A DNA stretch of 64,000 nucleotides. Source: Vicugna vicugna. Its lineage: Eukaryota. The position numbers and the translations under genes are program-made. The notes beneath the pieces are model-generated. The model was not told the origin of the DNA, made no database searches, and was given only the letters and a program-made list of their open reading frames with translations. The stretch spans positions 428,545 through 492,544 of the forward strand of contig MU057416.1 of the NCBI GenBank assembly GCA_013265495.1. The letters are read 5' to 3'. Position 1 is the stretch's first letter, and every line of letters starts with the position of its first letter. This document shows positions 24,851-36,450 of this stretch, piece after piece.

Positions 24851-26399
24851 GCACTCGTTCCTGTCTGTTCTCTGGACCTCTCACCAGGTGCTGGGGACTG
24901 ACCTCTCAACCTGTCTCTCGCAGCTTTCTGACACTTCTGTTCCTTTGTCATCTAGGCAGGGTTCCTTTGAGTTTTTTGCCATTTTATAAAAGTTTTCTAC
25001 TATGACACAGCCTGGGTTCTAACACGAGTTTCTCTAACGCTGTGCAGCGCATCCGCAGAAGAGGACACGTTTGCTAAAAAAGGAATAAAACAAAAGTACA
25101 CAGTGAGGGGAGGGTGGTATGTATGAGTTTTTTGTTTTTTGTTTTTTTAATAAAGTGAAAATAGTTAAAATTAAAATCTTGAACCGAAGTAGGGGGGCTA
25201 CAAAGGAGTCCTTACAAAACTAACACCATCATGAGTCTTCCCGAGGCTTTCCTATGGGAGAAGGTGATATATTATGAAACTTCTGAAACGCGCTGGACTT
25301 TGGGGTGGGGGAGCAACAGGGCATGATTAGAAACAATTCTGTTCCAAGATTTTTTCTCTACACGCCGGATAAAACGATCATCCTCTTCATTTGAACCGCA
25401 GTACGTGCCATACAAGAATAAAATGTTAGAAGAAGAGAAGGAGAAGGTAGGAGAATCGGCGGCTTCCACGCACGAACACTGTTTTCGGCAGATGCCCGTC
25501 TCCCCTGTTTCTGTAAGGCTGTCGCCTTCGTTTCCCGGGGCCTCCCGTCGCTGAGGGAGCCCAGGCTCCACTTTCTCTTTGGGGGTTCTTATATTAAACC
25601 GGTGCACATTTTCACTTTCTTTCTTGGGACTTGCAGGCAGTGGGAAAAGAGCTAGCACTCCTTTCTCAACAGGAACCACTCCTGCTCCATCTCTGCCTCC
25701 GTTCTCTCTTCTTGCATTCCTGGCTGGGTTCTGCCCAACACATCCAAGGCGGCTAGTGAGGACGGGGCCGCCCCATCACGTGTGACTTCCTCTGCTGCTC
25801 CCTCACCCCTCTGTCGGCAAATGGGCCCATCTGAGGTGTCTGCTTTCTTTCTCACGAGCATATGTGAGTGTTTATTTATGGGCTTTTTCTTAATGCATTC
25901 CATATTAGAAAGGGCCAAGAGTACAACATTTCTTTAAAAATTCGGATTTCTTGAGAAACAAGGAGGTGGCGAGGAGGAGGGAGCGCTAACTTGGCAGACT
26001 GTGTTTAAAGTATTTTGCCAAAGGAGCCCCCCTGAGGAGCTGTCCGTTAAACTCCCACCATTTTGCTGTGAGAAGTGAATGTTTTCTCTGGCTCTAAATT
26101 TATGGGATTCTTAAATGTTCTCACAGGTTGAAAATTTTAAAAAGAAATCACTGTTTGAATGTATACTTGACTCTCCACGACTGGATTGTCTCAGTTATAA
26201 GGAGAATTTGCTTTTTGCTTGAACTTCACACCTCCTTTTATTTTTCTTCTAGAAAGCATAATGTAGGGATAGGTTTTTATCACTGTTCTCAGAACACAGA
26301 GGGGACCTCGGGTGTATGCCACGCAGCTTCCCCTTCTTCGCATTTGCTTGATTTTGGAGCGCCATTCACAGCCTCAGAAAAGCAGTCACATCTTTGAAA

Positions 26400-26720
26400 A
26401 GCACAAAATAAATTCTGTTCGCTGAGTGGGTAATTGTTCAAGGTCACCCTTTCCTTGTCTTTGCCTTGATTGTTGAATTAGGAGCTAATAATGGTACTGA
26501 AATGTGAATGAACTATTAGCAATGGGGTGTATTTTGGGGAGTGTCAGGAAATATTACAGGGCAATTAATGTTACCCAATAGCAAAGCTGTGTCCTCAGCA
26601 GATGTCCTATAATTACTGTGTTTAGAGAGTGTAAGGCTTAAGCTAAGATTACAGCTTTTATACTGTCTGCCTTTAGAAGTCGTATTTGGAATTTATTCAG
26701 TTTATTCTCTTGCCCTTTCT
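26400..26720. promoter_or_regulatory. Candidate developmental enhancer
   Basis: TAATTG at 26431, ATTGTT (SOX) at 26433 and 26469, TCAAGGTCA (NR5A/ESRR) at 26438-26446, CAATTAATG at 26562, CAGATG at 26599, TAATTA at 26610, GGCTTA and AGATTA (K50 homeodomain) at 26635 and 26646. Confidence 0.4.
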
Positions 26721-27097
26721 CTTCTGTTCTGATCCTGTCACTCACATTTTAATTTAAATACAGTCTTTTTATGAATTAAAATGAGTATCAGCAGATGGTA
26801 TACAGTATAGATGTTTAATAGAATAGAAAAATTACTGCATAGATCCCCAAAATAACTATTGACAAATAATTTATATCAATATTAGTTACTTGCTAATTCT
26901 TAATTAATTTCTATAATTCAAATTTTTTTACGTCTCAAATACTTCACAACCTGGTATTTGTGAAAGCGTTGTCTGAATTTATTCACTTTTAGCAGGGTAG
27001 TTAAAAAATCATTTCAGGAAATGTTGAGTTACATGTTATCTAAGAACTCCTAATTTTTAAAAGCAACACTCACTGCACATCTAATTTTTCCTTTCAG

Positions 27098-27410
27098 CGC
27101 TGACCTTTAATGTTGGCTTTATACCCTTAGGTTTTCAGGAGAAAAGATTTTAAAATGAGCAGAGTGAAAATTCTTCCCTCTGGATAACAAGCAGTTTTGA
27201 TTTGCAAACAGGGCTTCGGGAGACAGCAGGTCACACCTTGGTTGCTTCTGCTGCGAGCGCCCCTGGAGCAGTTCTGCTGGGGAAACACATTCAAAGCCAC
27301 TGCAAGACACCTGGTTTCCTCTTCTCGACATATTCCTCATCACAAGGCCAAGTGGACTATCGGAAAGGTATTCTTCTGTAAGCCTCAAAGGTGATCTATT
27401 TGACCAACTG
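27098..27410 (+). ncRNA. Candidate non-coding internal exon
   Basis: Acceptor ctaatttttcctttcag| (AG 27096-27097; alternatives end at 27130 and 27138) and consensus donor CTG|GTAAGT (27411). No frame is open across the exon. Confidence 0.3.
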
Positions 27411-28339
27411 GTAAGTGATCATTGGACAAAGAGAGTGAGAAGATACGGAAAGAAATCTAGCAAGGTCTCCTTATATGTAGCTCACTATCTTCCTGAATCA
27501 GAAAGTTTGTCAGAGAGAGAAAGACAAAAGCAGAAATAAAGGATGAGGATTAAGGGGAAAAAATTCAAGCATTAACGTCGAAAGTCCCCCAGCTTTACCA
27601 TTAGAAAGGTTTGCTCACTTCCCTGTCTCCCTTTGAATCCAGACCATCTTGCTAACACAAAGGCTGCCATGCTCATCACCGCGGAGACCCTGGGTTTTTT
27701 ACCTGTACTTCATTTTTCATTTGAATGTATCTGGGGAATTCTCATCAGGGCTTTCCTCACTAGTCCTGAACAAATTATTCAAAAATTTTCTTAGAACTTT
27801 TGAAATAATTTATGAGTCATTTGAAACCTTAAACAATTGGCTGTCGGGTCTTGCATTTCTCCTCACGAATGGCCAAGCACAAAAAATGTTTACCTTTAGA
27901 ACACCGTGGCCGCTACCTTTGGTAGCCTCATCACGAGTGGTAACAGTGAAGAGGCATGTGCATTTCAACAGTTTTTAAATATTTTGCTTAAAAGTCAACA
28001 TACAGTTCTCGGGAACCAGCTTTGTCTCTGCCTGGTCATAAATGTTCACAGGAGGAGAACTCTGCCTGAGACTTGGATTCTCCCCTACAGGAAAAGGGGT
28101 GCTCTCTTGCGAACCAGTTAGGAGTAAGGTACGTAATGAGATCCAACATAGGACATTGTAAATCCTGTGGTGAAGGTTCAGTGACCACTGGGTGCACAGA
28201 AGGAAAAATAAAAATATGTTCAGGTGCTGGACGTGTTCCTGGGCCTCCAGGTTTTGTGTCCGGAAACACGGGGGGTGAGGTAGGCTGAAGGAGGGGGAGA
28301 GGGCTTGCCAGGCCTAGAAACCGGTGTGAAACTGACATA

Positions 28340-28407
28340 GCGCTGTAAACTGGCTATACTTCAATTAAAAAAGAATGCAAAAAAAAAATAGAAAAGAAAA
28401 GAAAAAA
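28340..28407 (+). mobile_element. Extremely 5'-truncated L1 (68 bp including A-rich tail) with 12-bp TSD
   Basis: ctgtaaactggctatacttcaattaaaaaa is the L1 terminus. GAAACTGACATA at 28328-28339 and 28408-28419. Confidence 0.8.
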
Positions 28408-28484
28408 GAAACTGACATAAAACGATAGAAACACAAAAGGAGAAAATAACCATTTATACCTAGAGTGGAGATTTTTGACATCAA

Positions 28485-28740
28485 TGAGTAAGGCATAACC
28501 CGGGGTGGTTTGGTTGGAGTTAGACTGTAAGGACTGAAATGTCACACAGAAGAGCTGAATGTGGCACAGCAGTAGTAGTGGGATTCTGAGCAAGAGAGCG
28601 GACGCCCTGGCCTGTGATCAGGAGGTGATTTTGGAAGCTGGATGAAGGATAGGATTGGAGGGAAAGGCTGGTGATGGAGAAATCAACATGAACCTTACGG
28701 AAGCATTTCAGGTGAGTGATGGCGTCCTAGAAACCAGCAG
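28485..28740 (-). mobile_element. L2 fragment
   Basis: ggattctgagcaagagagcggac...gaaggataggattggagggaaagg...tttcaggtgagtgatggcgtcctagaaaccag. Confidence 0.55.
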
Positions 28741-29399
28741 CTCTGTACTTCAAAATGTCTTCATATTTGCTCTTTTTCTTCTCATATAGAAAACCTTTCC
28801 TTCTCAACCCCATCTTATCCATTAAAATTTTTTAACTTTTTTAATTCTTAAAAAAAATTAAATGAATATATATTAGAGTTGAAAAAGCCAATTAACAACT
28901 CATTTGTAACAGAAAGCAGTGGTCCTCGGGGGTCAAAAAAAAAGGAAACATTGAATTGTAATTTAAATAAAAATCATGAAATTGTGATTTGTGATCCAAT
29001 TTTATTGAGAGGAGGAAGAGAGAAGGTGGACGTTTGATATCAGATACAAAGGTGCACCGCCAATACATATTACTTAGAAATTTCCACTACTTCTCTCTTC
29101 GGTCTCCTTATCACTAAATGTTATGTAGGACTGCTGTTAATGACTTCCTGCATGTAACACTAAAAGTAGCACTTTTGCCTCATGATAACAAATGCCCACC
29201 TCTCCTTCCTATTGCCTCTCAATAAAATCATATCACAATTTTTATGTAAACCTCAGTGCCCTCTTCCTCTTTTAAATTTGGCTGGGTTAGAACTGCTCTC
29301 TTCTGAGCCAGGTCATTTACTACAATCTGCACTCTTACTTAAATAACTCTTTGTTTTTCCTGGAGTTAATAATTGTCTTTTCTTTCTCTCGCATTGCTA

Positions 29400-29980
29400 T
29401 GGCCTCAACTAAAACACTTACAAACACCGTTTTATGTTTGGTTTGCCGGGTCACACCAGGTGAGACGATATTAATTTATCGGGTCCTTTTTTTTCCTGGA
29501 GATATTCATTCTGGAGTCCTTGGTGCTCATGATCTCATATAGCGCAGGAGCTTCTAGGCCTTCAGCATGTCTGCTGTCTTGAGATTTCTCTTCATCTTTA
29601 TCCAGGAATTCTTATCTTCTCTCCCTGTTGTGGAATCATTTTTCCTTAATTATATGTCTTTATTTATTGACTCCATTACTTTGGTAAACTGTATCTTCCC
29701 ATGAATCATAAATACATATTTTGAGATCTTATATATCCAAAGTCAGATTTATTTAATCTTCTATATTTTTTCTTAATGAAGCATAAAATAGATTAAAATT
29801 AAGTTTCCTTCAGAAGTCTAAATGTTACATTCTAGCGCCCATTGTAGGTGACCCAGCTGATTTCCCTAGAAGTTTTTACAACATCTTTTCATATCCAGTG
29901 TCCTGAAACTTCACAATAATGTATTTTGGGATGTGGGTGTTTACTTTATCATGCTGGCTCTTCAGTGTGCATTTCTCTTT
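29400..29980 (-). mobile_element. HAL1/old L1-like fragment
   Basis: tatccagtgtcctgaaacttcacaataatgtattttgggatgtgggtg...tgctggctcttcagtgtgcatttc resembles recalled HAL1. Confidence 0.5.
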
Positions 29981-30279
29981 ATTCAACAATTATTCATTGA
30001 GTGCTATTCACATGCGAGGTACTGTCTTAGATACCGGGAAGGTTGGGGATTCATATTCTTAAATTCTTGGAAATTCCACTCTATTTCCTTTCTTATTTTG
30101 CTAAGGTTCTGCGGCCATGAGAGAGAAGAGATCCCCAAGGAGAGAGAGTGGAGCGAGATGAAGAGTCTGAAGGCAATGCTAAGGGAAGGAAGGTCATCTA
30201 TTAAAGGCTGATAAGAAATGTCGCATAAGTGAGTGAGGTTCATTCATTCACTCAGTCACTCAACAAACCTCATTCTTCA

Positions 30280-30572
30280 GCACATGTGGCTTCTCCTGCA
30301 CCTGGTTGTGGAAACCAGCTGCTTCTCTGCTCCCTCTTGGGTGGCAGCAGGGTGCCTGTGGTCACTGTGTGATCAGTTGTCCCAGCTGTACCCCACCCCT
30401 GGGACAGTGACTGCTCCTTACATCTGCTGTTCCTATAGTCTTTAGAACCCTTTAACTGCCTGCTAGCAAATCTTTCCTTACTCCCATCCTCTGCTAAAGT
30501 TAAAAATGATGTTAAACATTTCCTGTTCAAATCTGTGTGGTTTCCCTCTCTGGCTTGGATCCTGACTGATAC
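30280..30572 (+). mobile_element. ERVL-class LTR 3' part
   Basis: Ends taaacatttcctgttcaaatctgtgtggtttccctctctggcttggatcctgactgataca, a typical terminus. Confidence 0.6.
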
Positions 30573-31249
30573 ATTGGACAAAAAAAAAAAAAAAAAACCT
30601 GAATTATAAGCATGAATAAAATTAGCCCCCCCAAATTATACTAATGGTAGTTGTCTCTAAGCATATTGTCAATATTGTGTTTATCTGCATATTCTAAGTT
30701 CTTATAATGAAAATGAATTATGTGGTGATAAGAAAAATAACATGCTTTTATTAATCCTGAAAGAAAATGTTTTTACCTACCTGTAGGCAGTAAAGAATGG
30801 TCCACAATTATCTCTAATTACTCAGTATGATTTAATTCAGGCAGGTTCAAATACTGCACAATAAACTCAGAGATGGATAAATCACCAGAAAACAGAAAGA
30901 CTGGGTCCTGTTGCCAGCACAAATTTATGATCCAAAATTGATTTGTGGATGTGTTAATGTTCATGGACCTCTGTAATAAATTATTTTCAGGAGTAAAGTA
31001 GATGCATACTGGAAACTTTAGGGTTTCAGCTTTCCCATTCCTTGAAATAAAACTAAATCTTTCTGGTCTTAAATTTCATTGGTTTCAGTGTCTAATACAG
31101 AGGTTAGGGAGATTACAGGGGAGTTTTAAAACTTTGACATCTCCATTTGAATTTTAGTTGGCATGCTATAAAAATCAGAAATTGTACTCATCAGAAATAA
31201 TCTAATTTTGAAAAGTGCCATCATACAAATTTAGCTTCTGTTAATGATA

Positions 31250-31676
31250 TTTTTAAAATTTATTAAAGTGTAGTTAGTTATAATGTGTCAATTTCTGGTG
31301 CACAGCAACATGTCTCAGTCATACACACATACATATATTCGGTTTCGTATTCTTTTTCATTAAAGGTTATTACAAGATACTGAATAGAGTTCCCTGTGCT
31401 AGACAGAAGAAATCTGGGGGTTTTTATATCTATTTTTTTCTGTAGTGGTTAACATTTGCAAATCTCAAACTCCCAAATTTCTCTCTTCCCACCCACTTTC
31501 CCCAGTAACTATAAGGTTGTTTACTATGTCTGCGAGTCTGTTTCTGTTTTGTGGATGAGTTCATTAGTGTCTTTTTTTTTCTTGTCTTGTCTTGTCTTTT
31601 TTTTTTAGAGTCCACATATGAGTGATATCGTATGGTATTTTTCTTTCTCTTTCCGGCTTCCTTCACTTTGAATGAC
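31250..31676 (-). mobile_element. Camelid-type L1 3' end
   Basis: tgtgtcaatttctggtgcacagcaacatgtctcagtcatac...ttccggcttccttcactttgaatgac. Confidence 0.9.
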
Positions 31677-33047
31677 GGTATTTGTGTTCGAGTACCGGAG
31701 CACAGAAACTCTTGCTGACAAGGTTCTTACTTCAGCAGAGGACCACGGGCAAGTGAGGGAGCGGTACTTTAAGCTCGTGTAGCGGGTGGGGAGCACACAG
31801 TGACGGTAAAGTAATTCTTTTAAAGGTTGGTTCAGACCATAAAATGGTTTAAAAAAACAGCCAATTTCTTCCTCTCAGAAAATACGTTACTTTCCCCTTT
31901 GACTTCACTCTAAATTAACTTGCCTTGTAGCTGCCACAGGAGTAAAATCCGGTATTGCTATACTTTTTAAAACCCCATCATCCCCCCATCATTGGAAAAA
32001 CTTCATGGATGCCACATCCTACATTTCTCCTTCGCAGTGCAACTGAAATTACCTTATTTGCATTTACCTGCCTCACTATTTCTTACAGGGGCTTGCATTA
32101 TAATCATTATACGTGTGTCCCTAATATATTAGCAGTTAACCTGACTCTTCTTGATCAGCCTGAAATTTCTGCCTGGGGAAAGGGAATCAGCTGATGTCCG
32201 TCTGCGTGCTGGGCAGCAGCATCACAAAGGCAGCAGAAGTGTGTCCTGGGAATACAACACAACGCTCCCTTTCCGGGATTGAAAATTTCAGACAAAATCT
32301 TAAAAACATAAAAAAGGCAAATGACTAAATGAATTCTGATGACACATCATTGTGTGATATTGCGTATGAAATATGTAGCACTCATAAGAGAAGCCAGGTA
32401 GACGATTCAACTTTTATATCATGAATTGTGCACTGAAACCCAGATTGGAAGCACTAGCTCAGAGACTTGACAGGGACAATTTCTTTTTCTCCCCCTAATC
32501 TGATTAGTGCTTTCAAGATTTTCAACTTCATAGCTTACTAGAAAAATCATTGAGAATATTCAAGAGGATACTTCTTTTATTCTGTAATATCAACACATTT
32601 GTTTTATATTTCAACCTTAACTCCCTCATAGTAAGTTACTGGGTCTGATTTTTCCTAAAATTAGGATAATAATATCTTGTCCTGCTGTCATAAAGGGAGA
32701 GATCATTTCATACATAATTTTGGTTAGCTTCTAGTCGGCTTTGTCAAATTTAGAACCACTTGAGCACTGTGGTTTCTAAGTTTAGTCAAACCCTTTGAGC
32801 TTTAAGTTCCGTTTGGCTCTGGCTGAACATAAGCTGCTGTTCTGAAAAAAAAGAGCCCCTCGGTGCTGGCAGAACCTGGGTGTGTGCACAGCACAGACCG
32901 CTTCTCATTTAAAAGAAATGCAGTCACTTTTATTTGAAAGTTGGGACCTCCAAGGGAGTAAATAATAAAATATGAAAGTTTAAAAATGGGTCATATTTTA
33001 GACGAGTTCTAAAGCAGAATTGGGCTCTTGGGTTTAGGGTATGATAT

Positions 33048-33161
33048 AGAAAGAAAGAAAGAAAGAAAGAGAGAAAGAGAGGAAGAGAGGAAGGAAGGGA
33101 GGGAGGAAGGGAGGAAGGGAGGGAAGAAGGAGGGAGGGAAGGAAGGAAGGAAGGAAAGAGG
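33048..33161. repeat. Pure purine (GAAA/GGAA/GGGA)n tract
   Basis: Directly visible. Confidence 0.95.
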
Positions 33162-33984
33162 CCTATTTTAGTCTTTTCAAAATGGACTTGCTTTAACTTG
33201 GCTCCATAAGTTAAAGCAAAATGTGTCCATTAGGTGCCATAAGTTTGGTTTTACTAAAGAGCATCTTGGTGAACTTTTTTTTTTAAGAATAAACTCTTCT
33301 CCATCGTATAAGAGGTAATCAGGGTATCTCAGAGTCAGATGGACTTATTTTTCTCATTTCCCCACCTTTTTGCTACCAACTCAATGTATAATGGTAACAA
33401 AAATACCATGTGCACAGGAAGACGGCAGGCAGTGTCCTGAAGGCCTCAGTCACAGAAGATTTCAGTAACTTCCAGTTGTGAATTAATGAATGGCCAGGTG
33501 ACAGAGACCACATTTCACCATCCCTGAGATGTTACTCCTTAAACAGAAACAGGGCGAGAGGATGTTTTGTGGACACACTCCTGAAGGCAGATTAAGACTT
33601 CTCTTTGCCCGAGAATAAGCAAAATGTTGTTGGGGTAGGGGCAAAGAAATAGAATTTTCTCTCTGCCTACTGCCCATCCTGCGAGAAAAATTCACAGTGA
33701 CCCCCTGGAGAAATAGGAAGCCCCCACTGAAAGGTGCCTGAGAGGCCTTCTGAAAACACTTTGGGACGAAACTCTCCACCTCTTATGAGACTCTCCGTCA
33801 GCAGCAAACAAAACAGAACACCTGGCTCTGTTTCGTGTTTCGTGGCCGTGCCAGTCTGACGTAGAACGCTTTCTAAACCATAATTTCTTCTGTTATTTTT
33901 GTCTTACTTCTTGTAGCCTTGTTTTTCCTTCACAAGGATAATGGAAGTCACAGAACAGATTTGTAAGCGCCATGAAATCACCTG

Positions 33985-34755
33985 CCCCCAACCAGCCCCG
34001 CCCAGCGAAGGGGCGGCTCCCCCGACCCCGCCAACCCCGGGAAGGGCTTCTGACTTGCAGCCCCGGCGCTGGGCGCTCCGCGCGCTCGTTGAGCTCCGGC
34101 GCGTTGCACGGTTCAGCCCTTCACCCGGTGCCCGCGGAGCATTGCTGCGTCCCAGCAGACGGAGGGACACGCACACAAGTCTGTTCTAGTCAGGGTTACA
34201 CGTGACACTTCTAGGAAGTGGAAGAATGGAGACAACGGCAGGGCAATGTATTTTTTTGGGTATTGAAGATAGAAATATCAACCAAACAGTGCACTCCGGG
34301 CTCATTCTCTACTTAACTCTGGGTAGCTGAGTTCTAGTCTGTATCTTTAAGATACTGTGACGGCCATTTCAAAAATCATAGTGGCCGACACGATAGTTAT
34401 TTCTTGCATTCCTCTGCAGCTGAGTAAGCCAAATCTCCAGTGCTACGTCATCTGTGCAGAGTCTTACAGATGGGACTTTAAAAATAAAATAATGGGAGCT
34501 GAATGAGAATAAAGGGGGGACTTCAACAGCCAAAAACAAACACATCTGTAAAACTCTATCATCTTGCATCCATAATTTTTTTAATGCGCTCCGTTGCACC
34601 AACCCCTCCTTTCGCACAGAGGCTGCTGACAGCGCAAATGTTGACGTGCCGTTGAAACAGTCCCCGTACCAGCCTGTGAGCGGGTTAAAGGCGGGAAGCT
34701 GGTGTATGAGCGGTGCAGGGAGGCGACCGGGCATCGGCCGGCCCACCCTCCGAAT
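33985..34755. promoter_or_regulatory. Two CpG-rich patches (about 33985-34180 and 34585-34755) around unique sequence
   Basis: GC boxes CCCCGCCC and GGGGCGG near 33996-34017, CACGTGAC E-box at 34199-34206. No CDS. Confidence 0.5.
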
Positions 34756-36084
34756 CAGCTGAAATTCCCCTTCTGTGTCTCTTCCTTTTCCCTTTCTGAA
34801 GCCTAATTTTCCTTTTTTAACCTGGAACATACTGATTCCACAAAAGTCTTTATTAATAGCTCTTTTCTGCAGGTTTTGTTTGTTTCTGAAAAATTAGGTT
34901 TTCATGGAATTTGCTTTGGTGAGTGAGCAGTCTTTAGAACGCCCTCTTGCTCAAAGTGGGTGCTCCAGATCTGATGGGGTAAAATGAATGACTGTGTTTT
35001 ACTTCGGGTAAAGGCACCTTTTCAATTACACAGCTTGGAATAAGAAAGTTTTAAGGAGAGGTTATACAGAGAGGGCTCACATTTGAAATCCGTTCTAGCT
35101 CTAAGCTCCTTCTCTGCCATCCTTTTTGGGTCATCTTGTCTAAAATGTCAAAATTAGTCTGAATATAGCATGAAACAAGCCTAATCTCTACGTAGTGAAG
35201 GAGAAAAGTGTAGCCGTCAGCATGTGATAAAACTATCCAAAGTACGTTAAACCTGAAAACCAGTCAGCAAAACATCCACAAAAGTACTGAAAGTTTACCT
35301 GGTGGGGGGAGGGGTGGGGGATATTTGGGGGAGAATTTGCTGTCTCCCACTGGAAGATAAGTTTCACAGGGCAAGAGTCGCGTCTGTCTGTCTGCCACTG
35401 TGGACCTGACTGCTGGGAGGTACAGACTCAAGAAACACTTGCTGATTAAATGATATTTTATTCATTTTTCTTCTATTTAGGTGTTCACAAAGAGCAAGTA
35501 TTGCTTTTTTCATCATAAAAATCAAGATTAAAAAAAATAAACTGTACCATATGGCATACTGCAGTACCTCCATAAATCCTTGCTGAGAGACTGAATCCAA
35601 GCAAAGACCATGAAATCGGCCAAACTGTGACACCTGAGTCACTTCTGCTGTAGGAAAACCAGGACAAAACTGGAAACCTAAGACGGGCGCGCACGGATCA
35701 CCTGTGATCCCGCCCTTCCCGGTGTCTTCTGTGATTATCCTCCTGCGTAAGAGCCCGGTGCTTCTCAGGATGAGCTCATCCAGGGCCTCTGCTCCACTCC
35801 AGCCGTGTCTCCGTCGCCATCTCCCTGCGTTCCCTCTTCTCTCTCCCTCCAAAGCTGGTCCTCCACCCAAGGCCCCGGTTCCGACCCCTCCTCCCGTGCT
35901 GGGGCCTTGTTCCCCCAAGCACCCCCCTCGCTGGTGGAGCACAGCTCCTTCCCCACCGCTGCTGCCGCTCAGTCCACAGCTGTGCACAGCTCGTGTCGCC
36001 TAAAAGTGAAAACGCAGACCCCCAGCACCCAAACAGTCGATGAAATTCTTGACCATTTAGCACCTTCCCTCCACCTCCTAAAGG

Positions 36085-36450
36085 TGTAAGTCATCACTGA
36101 AGCCCAGGTGGTATCTGAGACCTGCGGGGAGGCGAGTACGGCGGATGGAGGCAGCGTTGGGAGCAGCCCCGAAGCAGCACGACGCCGCCCGCGAGGTTTG
36201 GCCGCGCGCCCTCCCCTGGGCACCTGCTGCCGACTCGCTGCTTGAGTTTCCAGTTCACGATTCTGACTGTTGTATCGGCCTCATGCGGCCCCGGGTCGTC
36301 CCTAAATGGGACAGTTGGTAATCAGCCTCGTTACGCCCCTGTGGTCCACGACCAGCTATGACCTTCCCCCGGCTACATCACAACTGGAAACAGTTGCCCA
36401 GTCGTGGGTTGCTGATAAACCAGGACAAAATTTTTGTTTCCTAATCACTC
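36085..36450. mobile_element. Probable old MaLR (MLT1-type) LTR inside L2
   Basis: gagtttccagttc..gattctgactg..gtggtccacgaccagctatgacc is similar to recalled MLT1K-class LTRs. L2 similarity resumes after it. Confidence 0.35.

Noticed and set aside
23104..24989. Long overlapping ORFs (216, 121, 119, 131 aa and others) in the CpG island
   Set aside because: Arg/Ala/Gly/Pro-rich and open in several frames on both strands because GC-rich DNA lacks stops. No recognisable domain.
29451..29465. TCACACCAGGTGAGA resembling a palindromic T-box site
   Set aside because: One base short of the canonical spacing, has a mismatch, and lies at the edge of a decayed HAL1-like repeat.
35364..36223. 207-aa and neighbouring ORFs
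   Set aside because: Largely overlap GC-shifted L2/LTR sequence, with no coherent protein features.
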